A DNA stretch of 64,000 bases from Octopus vulgaris (Eukaryota). Position 1 is the first letter of the stretch; the number at the start of each line of letters is the position of its first letter. The position numbers were made by a program, and so were the translations under genes. The notes below the pieces were generated by a model. It worked only from the letters and a program-made list of their open reading frames with translations, was not told where the DNA came from and ran no database searches. Positions 25,173 to 39,900 of this stretch are shown here, piece by piece. Location of the stretch: the NCBI GenBank assembly GCA_951406725.2, contig OX597830.1, positions 32,302,001-32,366,000 of the forward strand. The letters run 5' to 3'.

Positions 25173-26850
25173 TCATTAGCTTTAGCATGAAGAAATGGAA
25201 AGTAAACCTCTACTCAGGTGATACAGACTTAAGGAAGGTTAATATCAAGAGAGGAATTTTCCAAGGAGACTTGTTATCCCCTTTAATATTTGTCTTAACT
25301 TTGATCCCCCTCAGTTTAGTATTAAGGAAGGCAAAGGCAGGGTATCAGTTTAGAAATAGTAACGGAAAAATTAACCATCTGCTCTACATGGATGATCTGA
25401 AGCCTTTTAGTGAGAATGAAAGAGATTCGTTAATACAGACTGTAAGATTCTTCAGAAAAGATACAAGCATGGAATTTGGCATAGATAAGTGTGCAATATT
25501 AGTCATGAAAAGGAGACAAGTAGTCAATAGTGAAAGCATCCAATTACCAGATGGCCAGACATTAAAGTCATTAAAAAAAAGCTGTGAGTTATAAGTATCT
25601 AAGAGTATTGAAATCTGACAGAGTACTAACTACAGAAATGAAAACAAAAATTTAGAAGGAATACATCAGAAGAGTGAGGAAGCGAATGAAATCAAAGCTA
25701 TATGGTCTGAATCTAGTGAAGGCTGTAAATACTTGGGCAGTATCATTACTTGGATACTCAGCAGCTTTTGTAGATTGGACAAAAACTGAATTAGCAAAGC
25801 TGGACAGAAGAACTAGGAAGGAATTCAATATGAATGGAGGACTCCACTCAAGGGCAGGAATAGCAATATTATACTTACCTGGAAAGGAAGGTGGAAGAGG
25901 GCTAATGTCAGAAGAAGACTGTGTAGAGCTAGCTGGAGTAGATATAGACTCCTATGTAGGTAATAGTGAAGAAAGTTTATTAAGAGTTGCTAGAGTTACA
26001 GCAAGACATAGGGAAGCCCAAAAAACAAATGAAGTTAAAAACCAGAAAAAAAGAACAGAAGTTGGTTGGTTTCCAAAGATAGTTGCAGCAAATAGTAGTA
26101 GTGAGACTTGGTTATGTTTGCAGAAAGGAAGGCTGAAGAAGAAAAAGAAAGTTTGTTAATAGCAACACGAGATCAAGCATTAAGAACTAATTGAATAACA
26201 GCCAAGATAGACAAAAACCAAGTAGATTCCCAATGTAGATTATGCAAATCAAAAGAGGAAAGTGTTACTCATATAGTAAGTGAATGTAGCATGCTGGCAC
26301 AGAAAGAATACAAGAAAAGACATGACAACCTAGGGAGAGTAATCCACTGGGAGCTATGTAGAAAGCTAAGAGTTGACCATACTGATAAATGGTATGAACA
26401 TGACTGTAATAAAGTACTAGAAAGTAAGAAATATGAGATGTTGTAGGGCTTCAACATTCAGACTGACAGAGTAGTAGAAGCTAGAAGGCTTGATTTGGTA
26501 TAGTAGACAAAGAGAACAGAAAGTACCAGATAATTTGACTTTGCAGCCCCAAACGATGAAAAAATTGATATGAGAAGTATAGAAAAAAATAGCAAAGTAC
26601 CAGGACCTAGCTATTGACTTACAGAGACTATGGAAAGGGTGGGTAAAATGTATCACAGTAACTATAGGTGCATCAGGAGCTATCCCTAAAGATTTGAACA
26701 AATGGATAGTAATAAAACCCAGTTAAGTACAGTTCCAGAAAACAGTGTTATTAGGGACAGCTAGGATACTTAGGAGGATACTTGGTATCTAAGGTTACTT
26801 GTTGGTGAAGTGAACATGCCTTATATCTATGTTAAAAGTCATTATCATTA
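25171..26850 (+). mobile_element. 5'-truncated, decayed R4/Dong-like non-LTR retrotransposon (RT + CCHC + RLE)
   Basis: RGIFQGDLLSP, INHLLYMDDLK, MEFGIDKC, GGRGL; CRLCKSKEESVTHIVSEC zinc knuckle; KKRHDN; KYQDLA; ends GTARILRRILGI* at 26792; inserted in (TAA)n as known for Dong elements. Confidence 0.9.
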
Positions 26851-26854
26851 TTAT

Positions 26855-27060
26855 GTACTGGCAGAATCATTAGCACACCAACCAAAATACTTTCCAGCAT
26901 TTTGTCTGTCTTCATGTTCTGAGTCCAAACTCCGCCAAGGACCAACCTGTCTTTCACTCTTTTCGATTCGATAAAATAAGTTCCTGTAAAATACTGGGGT
27001 CAGTGTTACCAACTTACCAACTTCCTTGAAATTGCTGGCTTTGTGCTAAATTTTCAAATC
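26855..27060 (+). mobile_element. SINE family B
   Basis: CTGGCAGAATCATTAGCAC...GTTCTGAGTCCAAACTCCGCC; further copies at 27375-27575 (+), 40205-40400 (-), 41690-41900 (-), 54058-54272 (+), 56163-56380 (+) and 57310-57500 (-). Confidence 0.78.
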
Positions 27061-27104
27061 AATATTATTATTGTTATTTACTTTTAATCTGCATGTTTAT
27101 TACA

Positions 27105-27310
27105 GTCACTTGCTGAGACACACCCAGCATCCTAGGGTGAGTGAAGGATAAGACACGTTATAGTATGACTGAAAGCTTGGGGAAAGGAAGTGGCAGGGGC
27201 TTTGTGTAATACAACAGATATGTAAACTGATAGGGTTTTCTAAGGATGAGGGCAGTACTTCTCAGTACAATCTTTTAGATTTCTCTGAGACATGATTCTC
27301 CTGGGATGTT
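27105..27310 (-). mobile_element. 3' end fragment of R4/Dong-like LINE
   Basis: Minus strand IPGESCLREI*KIVLRSTALILRK plus a 3' UTR shared with 52995-53280. Confidence 0.7.
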
Positions 27311-27322
27311 GTTGTTATTTTT

Positions 27323-27355
<33 letters not shown>

Positions 27356-28053
27356 TTCATTATTATCATTACTGAAGACAGTGGGCTGGTAGTTGGTACA
27401 TTAGACAAAATATTTAGTGCCTTTTCGCCCATCTTTCCATTCTGAGTTCAAATTCCACCAAGGTCAGCTTTACCTTTCATCCTTTCAGGGTCAATAAGAT
27501 AGGTACCAGTCAATGCAATCAACTAGCTCCTCCCAAAAACTTTAAGGCTTTTTGCCTATAGTAGAAAGGATTATTATCCTTATAAATATTATTGTCGTTG
27601 TTCCTGCTGCTGCTGCTACTGCAGCTGTAGTTATCATCAGTATTATTTTTGTACTTGTTTTGCAAAATCCTTGATGTGGAATTGTATATTGAAATACATG
27701 CAGCATTTATAGTGCATTTCTGTTTTATCTTCCCTCAACTAATTAGTTAATCAATTAACCATGTAATTAATTAATTGGTTTGTCAAAGTCCTTTCGCCAT
27801 ACCATGTGGCCTTTTCCGATGACGTGTCTCTCATGAACATCGCGTTCATTTGCTATATTCTTACTCTGTGCCCCAAGCTGGTTTCTCAAAATGTAATGAC
27901 AAACTAATTTCTTAATTAATTAATTTATCTATTTATTTATTTTACTGATTATCTGTAACAGATAGCAAAAAAAGTGAACAACTAGTGCATGTGTTTTGTT
28001 ACTAAGTGACAGCTCACAGATAGCTTACAATTATTATTATTGTTATTATAATT

Positions 28054-28154
<101 letters not shown>

Positions 28155-28184
28155 CCTTATTATCATTATTACCATTATTATTAA

Positions 28185-28830
28185 AGGGGAGAGCAACACA
28201 TACCATCCAAGTCTTGCTTGGGTACAAATATACAAAGCCCAATATATTCCCATCATGACTACCCATCTGATAAGAGTACACCAGGCACATGCGTCACAAT
28301 CATATATGCATGACATAGTGACGTCATATCAAAATAAACAGTGCATGACCTTGCAGATGGGGGCCTGGTTAAAATTTTCTTTGGGTCGAGTAGCTCATCC
28401 TGCTCAAAAGGTCCTTGAATAAGGGTTGTTTGATGATGATGAACAAGACTCCCATGTTTCCAGTGGTGAATTACTCAACCCTCAAATAATCCCGTTTAAC
28501 ATATGGTTATGATGCTCCTTCACAACTCCTGCTCATAATCCAAGATGCATAATAATGTCAGCCACTAAGGGACATACTCAGCTTGTTGGAGTTAAGCGAG
28601 TGACAATCAAATCTGAGGTATTGAGCAGAATATTTGGTGTAACCCATGTTTTAATGCAAGACAAAACATGTACATGATAACACTTCCAGTCAGTTAAGAT
28701 CAGAAACCATGAGAGCTATTGCCTGATAATGCATTATGGCAGTTATTTTCATTATTATTGAATGAGAGAGCAGTGCATGCCATCAAAGTAACACTGGGGT
28801 ACAAATATACGAAGCCCAGTATACCCATAG
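28185..28830 (-). mobile_element. Family F non-coding element (diverged) plus an extra 3'-end fragment
   Basis: Reverse-complement match to 40708-41265; adjacent to (TTA)n. Confidence 0.8.
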
Positions 28831-28859
28831 AATATAATTTTTTCGTAAGCAGACGTTCA

Positions 28860-29011
28860 ACATGAGCATCATTATCATCAACATTACTGTCATCGTCACC
28901 ACCACCGCAACCACCATCATCATCACAATCACCATCAGCATCATTGTCATTGTCATCATCATCGTCATCATTATCATCGTAGTTGTCATCGTAATTGTCA
29001 TCACCACATTT

Positions 29012-29045
<34 letters not shown>

Positions 29046-29415
29046 CAAAATCATCATCGTCATCATCAACATCATCATCATCGTCATCATCATCATCATC
29101 ATCGTCATCATCATCACCATCATCATCAACGACACCATCATCATCATCATCATTGTCATCATCGTCGTCATAGTCATCATTATCATCTGCATTGTCATCA
29201 TCTCCATCATTATCATCACCATCATCATCATCATTACTGTCATTGTCCTCACCACCACCACCACCACTATCATCATCATCATCATCATCACTATAACCGC
29301 CATCACAATCCACCCTACAGTTACAATCCTCATGAACATATTCACCATCATCATCTCATCAGTCACCATCACCAGCTTAGCATCACACACCCACCACCAC
29401 CACCACCACCGCCAC

Positions 29416-29477
<62 letters not shown>

Positions 29478-30570
29478 TCATCATAACCATCATCATCATC
29501 ATAACCATCAGCATCACCACCACCACCACCACCATCAGCATCATGATCATGATCATCATCATCACCACCATCAGCATTGTCATCATCGATACCAGCGTGT
29601 CATCGCTGGCAACACTGAAGCCCCTGCACCTCCCACATGAATACCATCAACTACAGGCATCGTACCAACAACTACCACCCATACACGAACACCACTTTGA
29701 CACTTTGTCCTCACCGTCACCACTCCCCCACCACACAAAACCATCCACCCCCGCCACCCTTGTCGGCATCACTGTCACCGTGACCATATCTGAACTTTCT
29801 ATTGTCACAGCGGTGTTAATTAAAAGTACCTTGACTAACACCACCACCACCACCACTAACACAACAATCATAAAACCACCACCCTACCACCACCACTGGA
29901 TCTACCACAAGCTTGACCATCATCATCATCATCATCAGTATCATCATCTTCATCATTGTCATCAGCATCAACATCATCATCATTACCACCATTGTCACCA
30001 TCATCGTCACAGTCAGCATCACCGCCATCATCATGATAGTCGTCGTCGTCGTCGTCACCACCACCACACTGTCACTTGTGTTTCCACCATGACCACCACC
30101 AACGACACCACACTTTCCCCCATTACCACAATCATTACCACCACGACCACCACCCAATGCCACTACTACTAAAAATAATAGTCACTACTACCGATCACCA
30201 TTACAATCATCATCATCGTCGTCGTCGTCGTTATCATCGTCGTCGTCATCATCGTCATCGTTATCATCATCTCTATCATCATCATCATCATCATTATCAT
30301 CGTCTCCATCATCATTATTGTCAACATCATCATCATTACCATCATCATCGCCATCATCATCATCATTATCATCATCATCATTATCATCATCATTATCATC
30401 ATCTCCATCATCATCATCATCATCACCATCATCATCACCATCATCATCGTCGTCATTATCATCATCGTCGTTGTCGTCATCATCATCTCCATCATCATCA
30501 TCATCATCATAATCGTCATCATCATCGTCATCATCATCATCGTCGCAATCGTGCTCATCATCATAACTTT
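28860..30570. repeat. Long degenerate (CAT)/(CAC)/(CGT) microsatellite
   Basis: Direct inspection. Confidence 0.9.
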
Positions 30571-30867
30571 ATAAAATCACCGTCTGTTAATTAGTTCTGA
30601 CCGGCCTCTGATACGAATGTCAACAACAGTTCTTAGTGAGAGGTATGGGTGGGGGGGTGGGGGGCATGGACGAGTTGGATAATGCGTAACAACTATAAAC
30701 AACAACAGCAACAACTACGGCAACAACAAACAATAAAATGAATGCAGCTACAATTAACATGATCAAAAATAACTACTACTACGACCACTACAACTGCTGC
30801 TGCTACTACTACTACTACTTCTACTACTCCTGCTACTACTACTGATGCTGCTGCTACTATTGCTATT

Positions 30868-32030
<1,163 letters not shown>

Positions 32031-32082
32031 GCTGTTGCAGCTGGTGCTGGTGCTGCTGCTGCTACTGCTACTGCTACTGCTG

Positions 32083-32124
<42 letters not shown>

Positions 32125-32698
32125 AAGCAGTGATAACAATAGTAAAAATAATGCGATGAACAGCAAAACCTCAGCAGCATCGGCCAACGTTAATGAGACA
32201 AAAGCGAAATTGAACGAGAACTAATAACAAGATGCTGATAATTAGACTTGTTAATGAAGTTACGATGATCGGTGTTTTTGAATGGTTGCTTGACAGGGTG
32301 GTAAAGAGTTGGATTGGGTAGATGCGATGAAATTAGAGGACGTGGAAATTAAAATAAAAGAGAGGAACAGCGCAGACGAAGTTTTGAAGTCGGATGAGGT
32401 GGGAGAGAAGATGGACGTGAGAGAAGATGGCGATAGAGTGGAACGGAGTGCAGGTTTTAGTGTTGTCTTCAGTTGTGGACCGTTTCGAAGATAGTGATGT
32501 GAGGAAAGTGTGAAGTGAGGGGCGTGGGAGTGGTTAGGGTTAGAGGAGGTTTCGGGTGGTGGCGGACTGAGGTCGTCGAATGACTGATCTTTGACGTTTT
32601 CGTTGTTTTTAAGTACAACAGACATATTAACCTGATTTGTAATTAGTTCCATTCTAAAATCGAAAAAATTTGTGATATTTTGCATACTTACACACTGG

Positions 32699-32736
<38 letters not shown>

Positions 32737-32764
32737 CATACATACACACACGCACACACACACA

Positions 32765-32940
32765 TATGGGGCATCTTTGTTCTTTTCTCTCTGTTTTTCC
32801 TCTCCTCATCTATCAATTCCGTAGAAGAGCGAATGCACGAAATGCAAAAGATAGCTTCTAATTTTCCTGATCATAAACCTTAAACGTTTTGTTGGCTTTT
32901 ATTTTTACCTCGTCTTCACACTTAAAAAAATTTTGTATCA
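32765..32940 (+). mobile_element. Family H copy 3
   Basis: TT-CCGTAGA-AGAGCGAATGCAC-GAAA-TG-CA-AAAG at 32817-32850; downstream TTTTCCTGA...TTTGTT...ACCT.GTCTTC colinear with the other copies. Confidence 0.55.
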
Positions 32941-32942
32941 TA

Positions 32943-33532
32943 GTCGCAGGAGTAGCTGTGTGGTAAGTAGCTTGCTTTGTAATGGACTATTAAGTCCAGT
33001 AATTGTAGAACTGAGGTAAGAGGTTTAATACCTCGTTTTGCTGGTTTTTGTCTTGAAAAAAAAAAGAGAAGAATGTTTTAGAGAAGCAGAAGATCAGCGG
33101 GCGTCTTTTGCCTTCTTTCATTTATACCCTTCCTTTTCATCACTCATCTCATTAATGTTTTTTGTCCAGCCCGCAAGCTACTCCCTCTGCATACGAGCTT
33201 CATGGCCAATGAAATGAAATAAAGTAGCTTGTTTATCAACCACATGTGTGGAAACTTGGGCAAGTGCCTTCTATTATAGCCTCGGGCCAACCAAAGCCTT
33301 CTGCGTCGATTTGGTAGACGGAAACTGAAAGAAGCCCGTCGTATATATATATACCCAACACCGCTTGACAACTGATGCTGGTGTGTTTACGTCCCCGTAA
33401 CTTAACCGTTCGGCAAGAGTGACCGACAGAATAAGTACTAGGCTTACAAAGAAAAAGTCCTGGGGTCGATTTGCTCGAGTAAAGGCAGTGCTCCAGCATG
33501 GCTGCTGTCAAATGATTGAAACAAATAAAAGA
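32943..33532 (+). mobile_element. SINE family A interrupted by a TSD-flanked insertion (32978-33221)
   Basis: SINE head resumes after duplicated AAGTAGCTTG(C/T)TT (32965-32977 and 33222-33234); the insert ends in a GAAAT repeat. Confidence 0.82.
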
Positions 33533-33791
33533 ATGTGTGTGTGTGTGTGTGTGCGTGTGTGTGTATGTGTGTGCGCGCGTGAGAGTAAATGAGGAAAAAA
33601 ATGATTTAGCTTCGAAGTTTCTGTTCAGTTGACTTCGTCGTTCGAAGGTGATATTGATGAGCCTGATAAAGCACCAAGTGCAACAGTTGGCGCGAAACTG
33701 ATGATATCATTTTCAGCATGTATATACCATAACCAGTTATATAAATACATACACAATCACGCGCGCGCGCGCATTTATATACGCATATATA

Positions 33792-34323
33792 TCTATATAT
33801 ATAAAACTCTAGTTGTGTGAGTGTCTGTCCCCTTCGATTTAGATTCCTAACTCCTCCCACATTTTGCGGTGCAGTTTAACCAAATTCGGGTATCTTATAG
33901 TCGTGATTCATATCGAGCCCGTCTGACTATTAGCGCGCGTCAACGATGAGTCTACGATTTTTAAAATAATTTAACATCATTTTTTATTCCATTTTAATGC
34001 ATAAAATGCATCGTGTGTCGATAGCGGCGGAGTTGGCGTCCACGCTCACAGCTGCACCTGTTTGCTTCTCCCCCTTCCCTCCCTCGTGAAGCTGTGGGGA
34101 AGGGAGTGTAAAGAAATCAACGTCGTAATGCGTTGTTAAGGAAACCAGCGTTCTTTTAGAACAACGACTTCATGGCTTGAAGACACTGAGTCAACGATTT
34201 AAAAAAAAAAATTATCATCATTTTTTATTCCATTTTTAATGCATTTTTTTGCTATAACTCTCTAAAAATGCTTATATAGTTATTTCCCTGACAAACCCGA
34301 GCAACGCCGGGCAATACTGCTAG
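33792..34323 (+). mobile_element. Non-autonomous Helitron
   Basis: A|TCTATATATATAAAAC 5' end; CCCGAGCAACGCCGGG hairpin; CTAG|T 3' end. Confidence 0.88.
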
Positions 34324-34436
34324 TAATTTATAAAACTTAGATATGTTTCGACCAAAGATTGGTCCAGGTCATGTCTAACTTAATAGCACCACCTGATAGG
34401 ATTATCTAAATCCTTTTAAAGTCATTTATATATATA

Positions 34437-35102
34437 CTAGCAGTATCGCCCGGCGTTGCTCGGGTTTGTAAGGGAAATAACTATATAAGCATTTTTAGAG
34501 AGTTATAGCAAAATAATAGCAAAAAAATGCATTAAAAATGGAATAAAAATTATGGTAATTTTTTTTTAAAATCGTTGACTCATCGTAGACATTTTTAGAG
34601 AGTTACTTCCTTTATATAATAGCGAAAAAATGCATTAAAATAGAAAAAATGTTGGTAAATTTCTTTTTTAAATCGTAGACTCATGTAGACGCTTTCTTAG
34701 CCATTTCTGTTTTGGTGTCTTCAAGCCATGAAGTCGTTGTTCTAAAAGAACGCTGGTCTCCTTGACAACGCATTACGACGTTGATTTCTTTACACTCCCT
34801 TCCCCACAGCTTCACGAGGGAGGGGAGAAGCAACACAGGTGCAGCTGTGAGCGTGGACGCTAACTCCACCGCCATCGACACACGAAAAATTATGCATTAA
34901 AATGGAATAAAAAATTATGTTAAATTATTTTTAAAATCGTAGACTCATCGTAGACGCGCGCTAATAGCCAGACGGGCTTGATATGAATCACGACTATAAG
35001 ATACCCGAATTTGGTTAAACTGCACCGCAAAATGTGGGAGTAGTTAGGAATCTAAATCGAAGGGGACAGACACTCACACAACTAGAGTTTTATATATATA
35101 GA
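34437..35102 (-). mobile_element. Non-autonomous Helitron, same family, inverted
   Basis: Reverse complement of 33792-34323 with an extra internal repeat unit; same termini. Confidence 0.88.
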
Positions 35103-35109
35103 TATATAT

Positions 35110-35295
35110 ATTCAAAATGTAACCACGTGTGTATCGTTGGCGATTTCCTTCCTCTGTCTTCCCTTCTTTGGGACTCTGAAGAAGAGCTCTGCTCGAAATG
35201 TAAAATCTTCTTCCTTTCCTGAGCGTCTGATAATACATTACTTGTACCACGTCCTCGCGTTATTGTTTTCCTTTTTTGTTCTACTTTGTTTGCAT

Positions 35296-35300
<5 letters not shown>
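35110..35300 (+). mobile_element. Family H-related copy 4 with canonical CTGAAGA core
   Basis: CTGAAGA-AGAGCTCTGCTC-GAAA-TG-TA at 35176-35202; downstream TTTCCTGAGCGTC.AATACA like the other copies. Confidence 0.6.
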
Positions 35301-35335
<35 letters not shown>

Positions 35336-36939
35336 CATACACACACACATATCCGTATTCACATACATATATTAAAAAGCTTTAAACTTTGAAAATAAGC
35401 CATGTAAGAAGGTAAACTAAGGTTTAGTTCACGCTCTTACATGGAGAATGCTTTCGATGTATTCAGAAAGAAGAACTATTCAATCAGTTTCCATGATCAA
35501 TAGCATATGGGGTTCGGCTCCCAGAAAAATAGTCGGCAATTATGCAATTATCGTAAGGAAGTGAAATTAATATATTATAAAGTCTTCAATGTGAAAATGA
35601 GTCATATAAAAATGCAAGCACTTTCCATCTATGCTTTCACTGTATTGAAAAGTTGAGATGAATTTCTTGGCAGACCGTTATATAATTTCTTGATCACTCC
35701 GCAGAGAAAAGGTTTTCACCTTCATCACTAGTAACAGCTGTGATAGTTCTGTTACTATATAAAGCTTGTACATAACGTTCCTGACACTCAAAGGTGTTTC
35801 TACTCCTTTTTCAAAGTACATTTGGTATCATAAAGAGGCAACCAATAGCACGTACTATATTGCTTGGTTTAACTTTAATCCTGTTCCGCCGTTCGTTATT
35901 GTAGCTTTTACATCCAGATTCAAATACTTAAGAATTCCAGTGACTTGAATCCGGTATCAGAACGTCTACCAGTATGCAGGCATGCACGAAAATATCATTT
36001 GACCGTTCAGAAACGGCCTTAACGCATCATTTTTTTTTTTTGATTGTATGTTCCCCTTGCAAGACATTCTAACCATTTTGTTACCTTTCTAATCCCTCGT
36101 TTTTGAAAAGTTCTCATCAAATTTTGCATGAGTATATGTTTCTGCTATTCATGTGTTAATATATATACTCGTGCGTACGTGTGAGTTTTGTTTATATATG
36201 TATATGTATGTATGTGTGTGGCTGCGTATATGAAACTGTATGTACGTAATTACGTATGTATGCTTGACTCTGTACGTGTGTGTACGAGTGGATTGATACA
36301 TAGATTCATACATACATACACACATACAAAATTAACAAATATTCGTACACATTCGTACATATGTATACACGAGCACATATACTTAATACAAACACACATA
36401 CACACACACATTGCTTTCCATATGTATGTGAGGATATTCCTATCCTTCAGTCTTTCTTTTCTCCCTTCCTTCTTTTATTCCTGCCTTTCTCCTTTTCTTT
36501 CCCTCTCTCCTCATATCAACTCCACCCGCTCCTCTTCAACGCCTTTATTACCGATTTTCGCATTGCTCAATACTCTTAATGAAATATGGCTTTTTGCATT
36601 GGAACCGACCTTCATCGTTTATTGTTTTATTATCGTACCATATTCGTACATGAATTCTATGGCTGTCGGTAGGTGATACATGTACCGGTATGAATGCATG
36701 TGGCTACATGTGTGTCTCTACGTATGTGCAATGAGTGTGTCTATACATACTCATGCATATACATTACAAGTGTATACGTCTGTGGATGCGTATATATATA
36801 AACGTGCGCATGATGTATGTGTGTTTAAATATATGCAATATATATAGATACATACATACAAATATATACATACGTATGTATATATGTGTGTATGTAATTA
36901 TGTATTGGTGTGTGCGTATATATATATATATATTGTTTT

Positions 36940-37190
36940 ATTCTTATATTCGTTTCAGTCATTTGACTGCAGCCATGCTAGAGCACTGCCTTTAGTCGAG
37001 CAAATCGACCACACGACCTATTTGTTGTAAGCCTAGTATTTATTCTATCGGTCTCTTTTACCGAATCGCTAAGTTACGGGGACGTAAACACAACACGATC
37101 GGTTGTCAAGTGATGTTAGGAGGACGAACACAGGCACACAAACATATACATGCATACATACATACATACATACATACATACATACATACA

Positions 37191-37224
<34 letters not shown>

Positions 37225-37241
37225 CATACATGCATATATAC

Positions 37242-37319
<78 letters not shown>

Positions 37320-37445
37320 GATGAGTTTCTTTCAGTTTCCGTCTACCAAATCCACTCAAAAGGCTTTGGTCGGCCTGAAGCTATAGTAAAAGACACTTGC
37401 AAAGGTGCCACGCATTTGGACCGAACCCCGAACCATGTAGTAGGC
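36940..37445 (-). mobile_element. SINE family A
   Basis: Reverse complement of 6792-7200 with an expanded internal (TA)/(TACA) tract; other partial copies at 42878-43155 (-) and 46118-46281 (+). Confidence 0.82.
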
Positions 37446-37685
37446 AAGCAATATACTTATCACACCACAAATACCTGTTGCGTATTGGGGTCGATCTAAT
37501 CGACTCGCCCCCTCCCCCAAAATTTCGGGCCTTGTGCATATATTGGAAAAGAATATTTTTTGTATATCGACTTGTCTAATTCACTTATTCCTAAATTTAT
37601 TCCCCTACCTGCTCTAGTTTAAATCCTTTGAGCCCTACGAAGTGTATTTTATACGGAGAATATCTGTCTCATCTGTGTGTGTGTA

Positions 37686-37756
<71 letters not shown>

Positions 37757-38731
37757 GACCGGCTTCCTTCAGTTTTCACCTACCAAGTATACACACTCAC
37801 ACATATATATACATATACAGACACACACACACAAACACACATATACAGACACATACACACGCTCACACACAAACACACACACGTATTGACCAAAGAGTTA
37901 AGAAGTTCACTTCTCAACCATGAAGTTCTGATCTACATCTTGTTCCATCGTCCTCTTTGACATGACTTATTACAGCTGGATGCCCTTCCTAATGCCAACC
38001 ACTTTAGAAAGTGTACCACACCACCACCACGGCAACCACCATCACCACCACAACAACCAGCACCACCACTGTCACCGTCATCACTGTCACCACCACGACA
38101 ACCACCACCACCACCATCACCACCACCACTGCCACCGTTACCACCATCGCTACCATCACCACCACGACAACCACTGCCCCCCCACCACCACCAACTGCTG
38201 CCGCCAGTGACACACTACCACCACCACCACCAACTGCCACCATTACCAACTTTTTCCACCACCCACAACTGGCCATCACCACCAACACTGCCATTATCTT
38301 TATCCCCACCAGCATTACCACCACCTCTGCTGTCATCATCATCATTGCCATCATCATCAGTGTCATTTGAGGAGTGGAGGACTTCGTACTTTACGAAAAG
38401 TCGTAATAAGGAGTTCTAATTGCTAATGAAGCAAGGTCTTCATTAATTATGATCGTATCCTGCCCACTTTAATAACTTCACTACCATCATCATCATCATC
38501 CTTATCATCGTCACAATGCTATCAACAAAAACAACAGCAAGCTACTACCACCACCACCAACATCACTACAACAGATATTACTGCTATTGCCACTACTACT
38601 ATTACCACAACTACTACTGGCACAACAACAACAACTACTACCTCTATTACACTACTACTACTACTACTACTACTACAACTACTACTACTATTACTACAAC
38701 TACTACTACTATTACTACAACTACTACTACT

Positions 38732-38806
<75 letters not shown>

Positions 38807-38863
38807 TGATGATGATGATGATGATGATACTGCTGCTGCTACAACACACATACACTACTACTA

Positions 38864-38895
<32 letters not shown>

Positions 38896-39179
38896 AAGTA
38901 CAACAACTGCAGTGATTGCAATTAATGTCCCAAATATCACAAATATCACAAATCGAAATTAAAAACAGTTGCCAGAAAATAAAACTATTACACGCAGGAA
39001 ATTATGATTTTTTTTTAAAGAAATATATACGACGACCACCACCACCACCTCAACAACATCATACCACCAACAATAATGCCAGCAATGACAACAGCAGCAA
39101 TAACAACAAGAATGATGATGATACATACAACTATGACAGTTACAATAACCCCACAATCAGTCCAAAAGCATCAGCAGCA

Positions 39180-39900
39180 CCACCACCTCCACCACCAACA
39201 CTGACACCAGCACCAGCACCACCACCACAACCACTATCGTCACTAAAAACACCATCTCCATCCACCACCACCACCACCACCACCACACCAACACCACCAC
39301 CATCAACAACAACAACACCCACTGACACCGACACCGACGCCAGCACCACAACCACTATCAACAGACACCACCATCTCCACCACCACCACTACCACAGCAA
39401 CCACCAACACAACACAATCGCCACTATTACCACCACCACCACCAACAACACCACCACCACAGCAACCACCGACACCACTACCAGCACCAGCACCAACACC
39501 ACCAACACAACACCATCGCCATCACCACCACCATCAAAACACCGCCACCACCACCTCCACCACCAACACTGACACCAGCACCAGCACCACCACCACAACC
39601 ACTATCGTCACTAAAAACACCATCTCCATCCACCACCACCACCACCACACCCATCACCAACACCACCACCATCAACAACAACAACACCACTGACACCGAC
39701 ACCGACGCCAGCACCACAACCACTATCAACAGACACCACCATCTCCACCACCACCACTACCACAGCAACCACCATTACCACCACCACCAACAACAACACC
39801 ACCACCACAGCAACCACCGACACCACTACCAGCACCAGCACCAACACCACCAACACAACACCATCGCCATCACCACCACCATCAAAACACCGCCACCACC
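39180..39900. repeat. ~370-bp tandem duplication within (CAC)-rich low-complexity DNA
   Basis: CCACCTCCACCACCAACACTGACACCAGCACC...CATCAAAACACCGCCACC occurs at ~39183-39550 and ~39551-39900. Confidence 0.85.

Noticed and set aside
32467-32492. Minus-strand GAAACGGTC-CACAA-CTGAAGA resembling a type II hammerhead
   Set aside because: Stems I and II cannot pair; likely chance.
35400-36120. Complex non-repetitive stretch as a possible exon or TE coding relic
   Set aside because: No recognisable protein motif in the frames checked and no clear splice structure.
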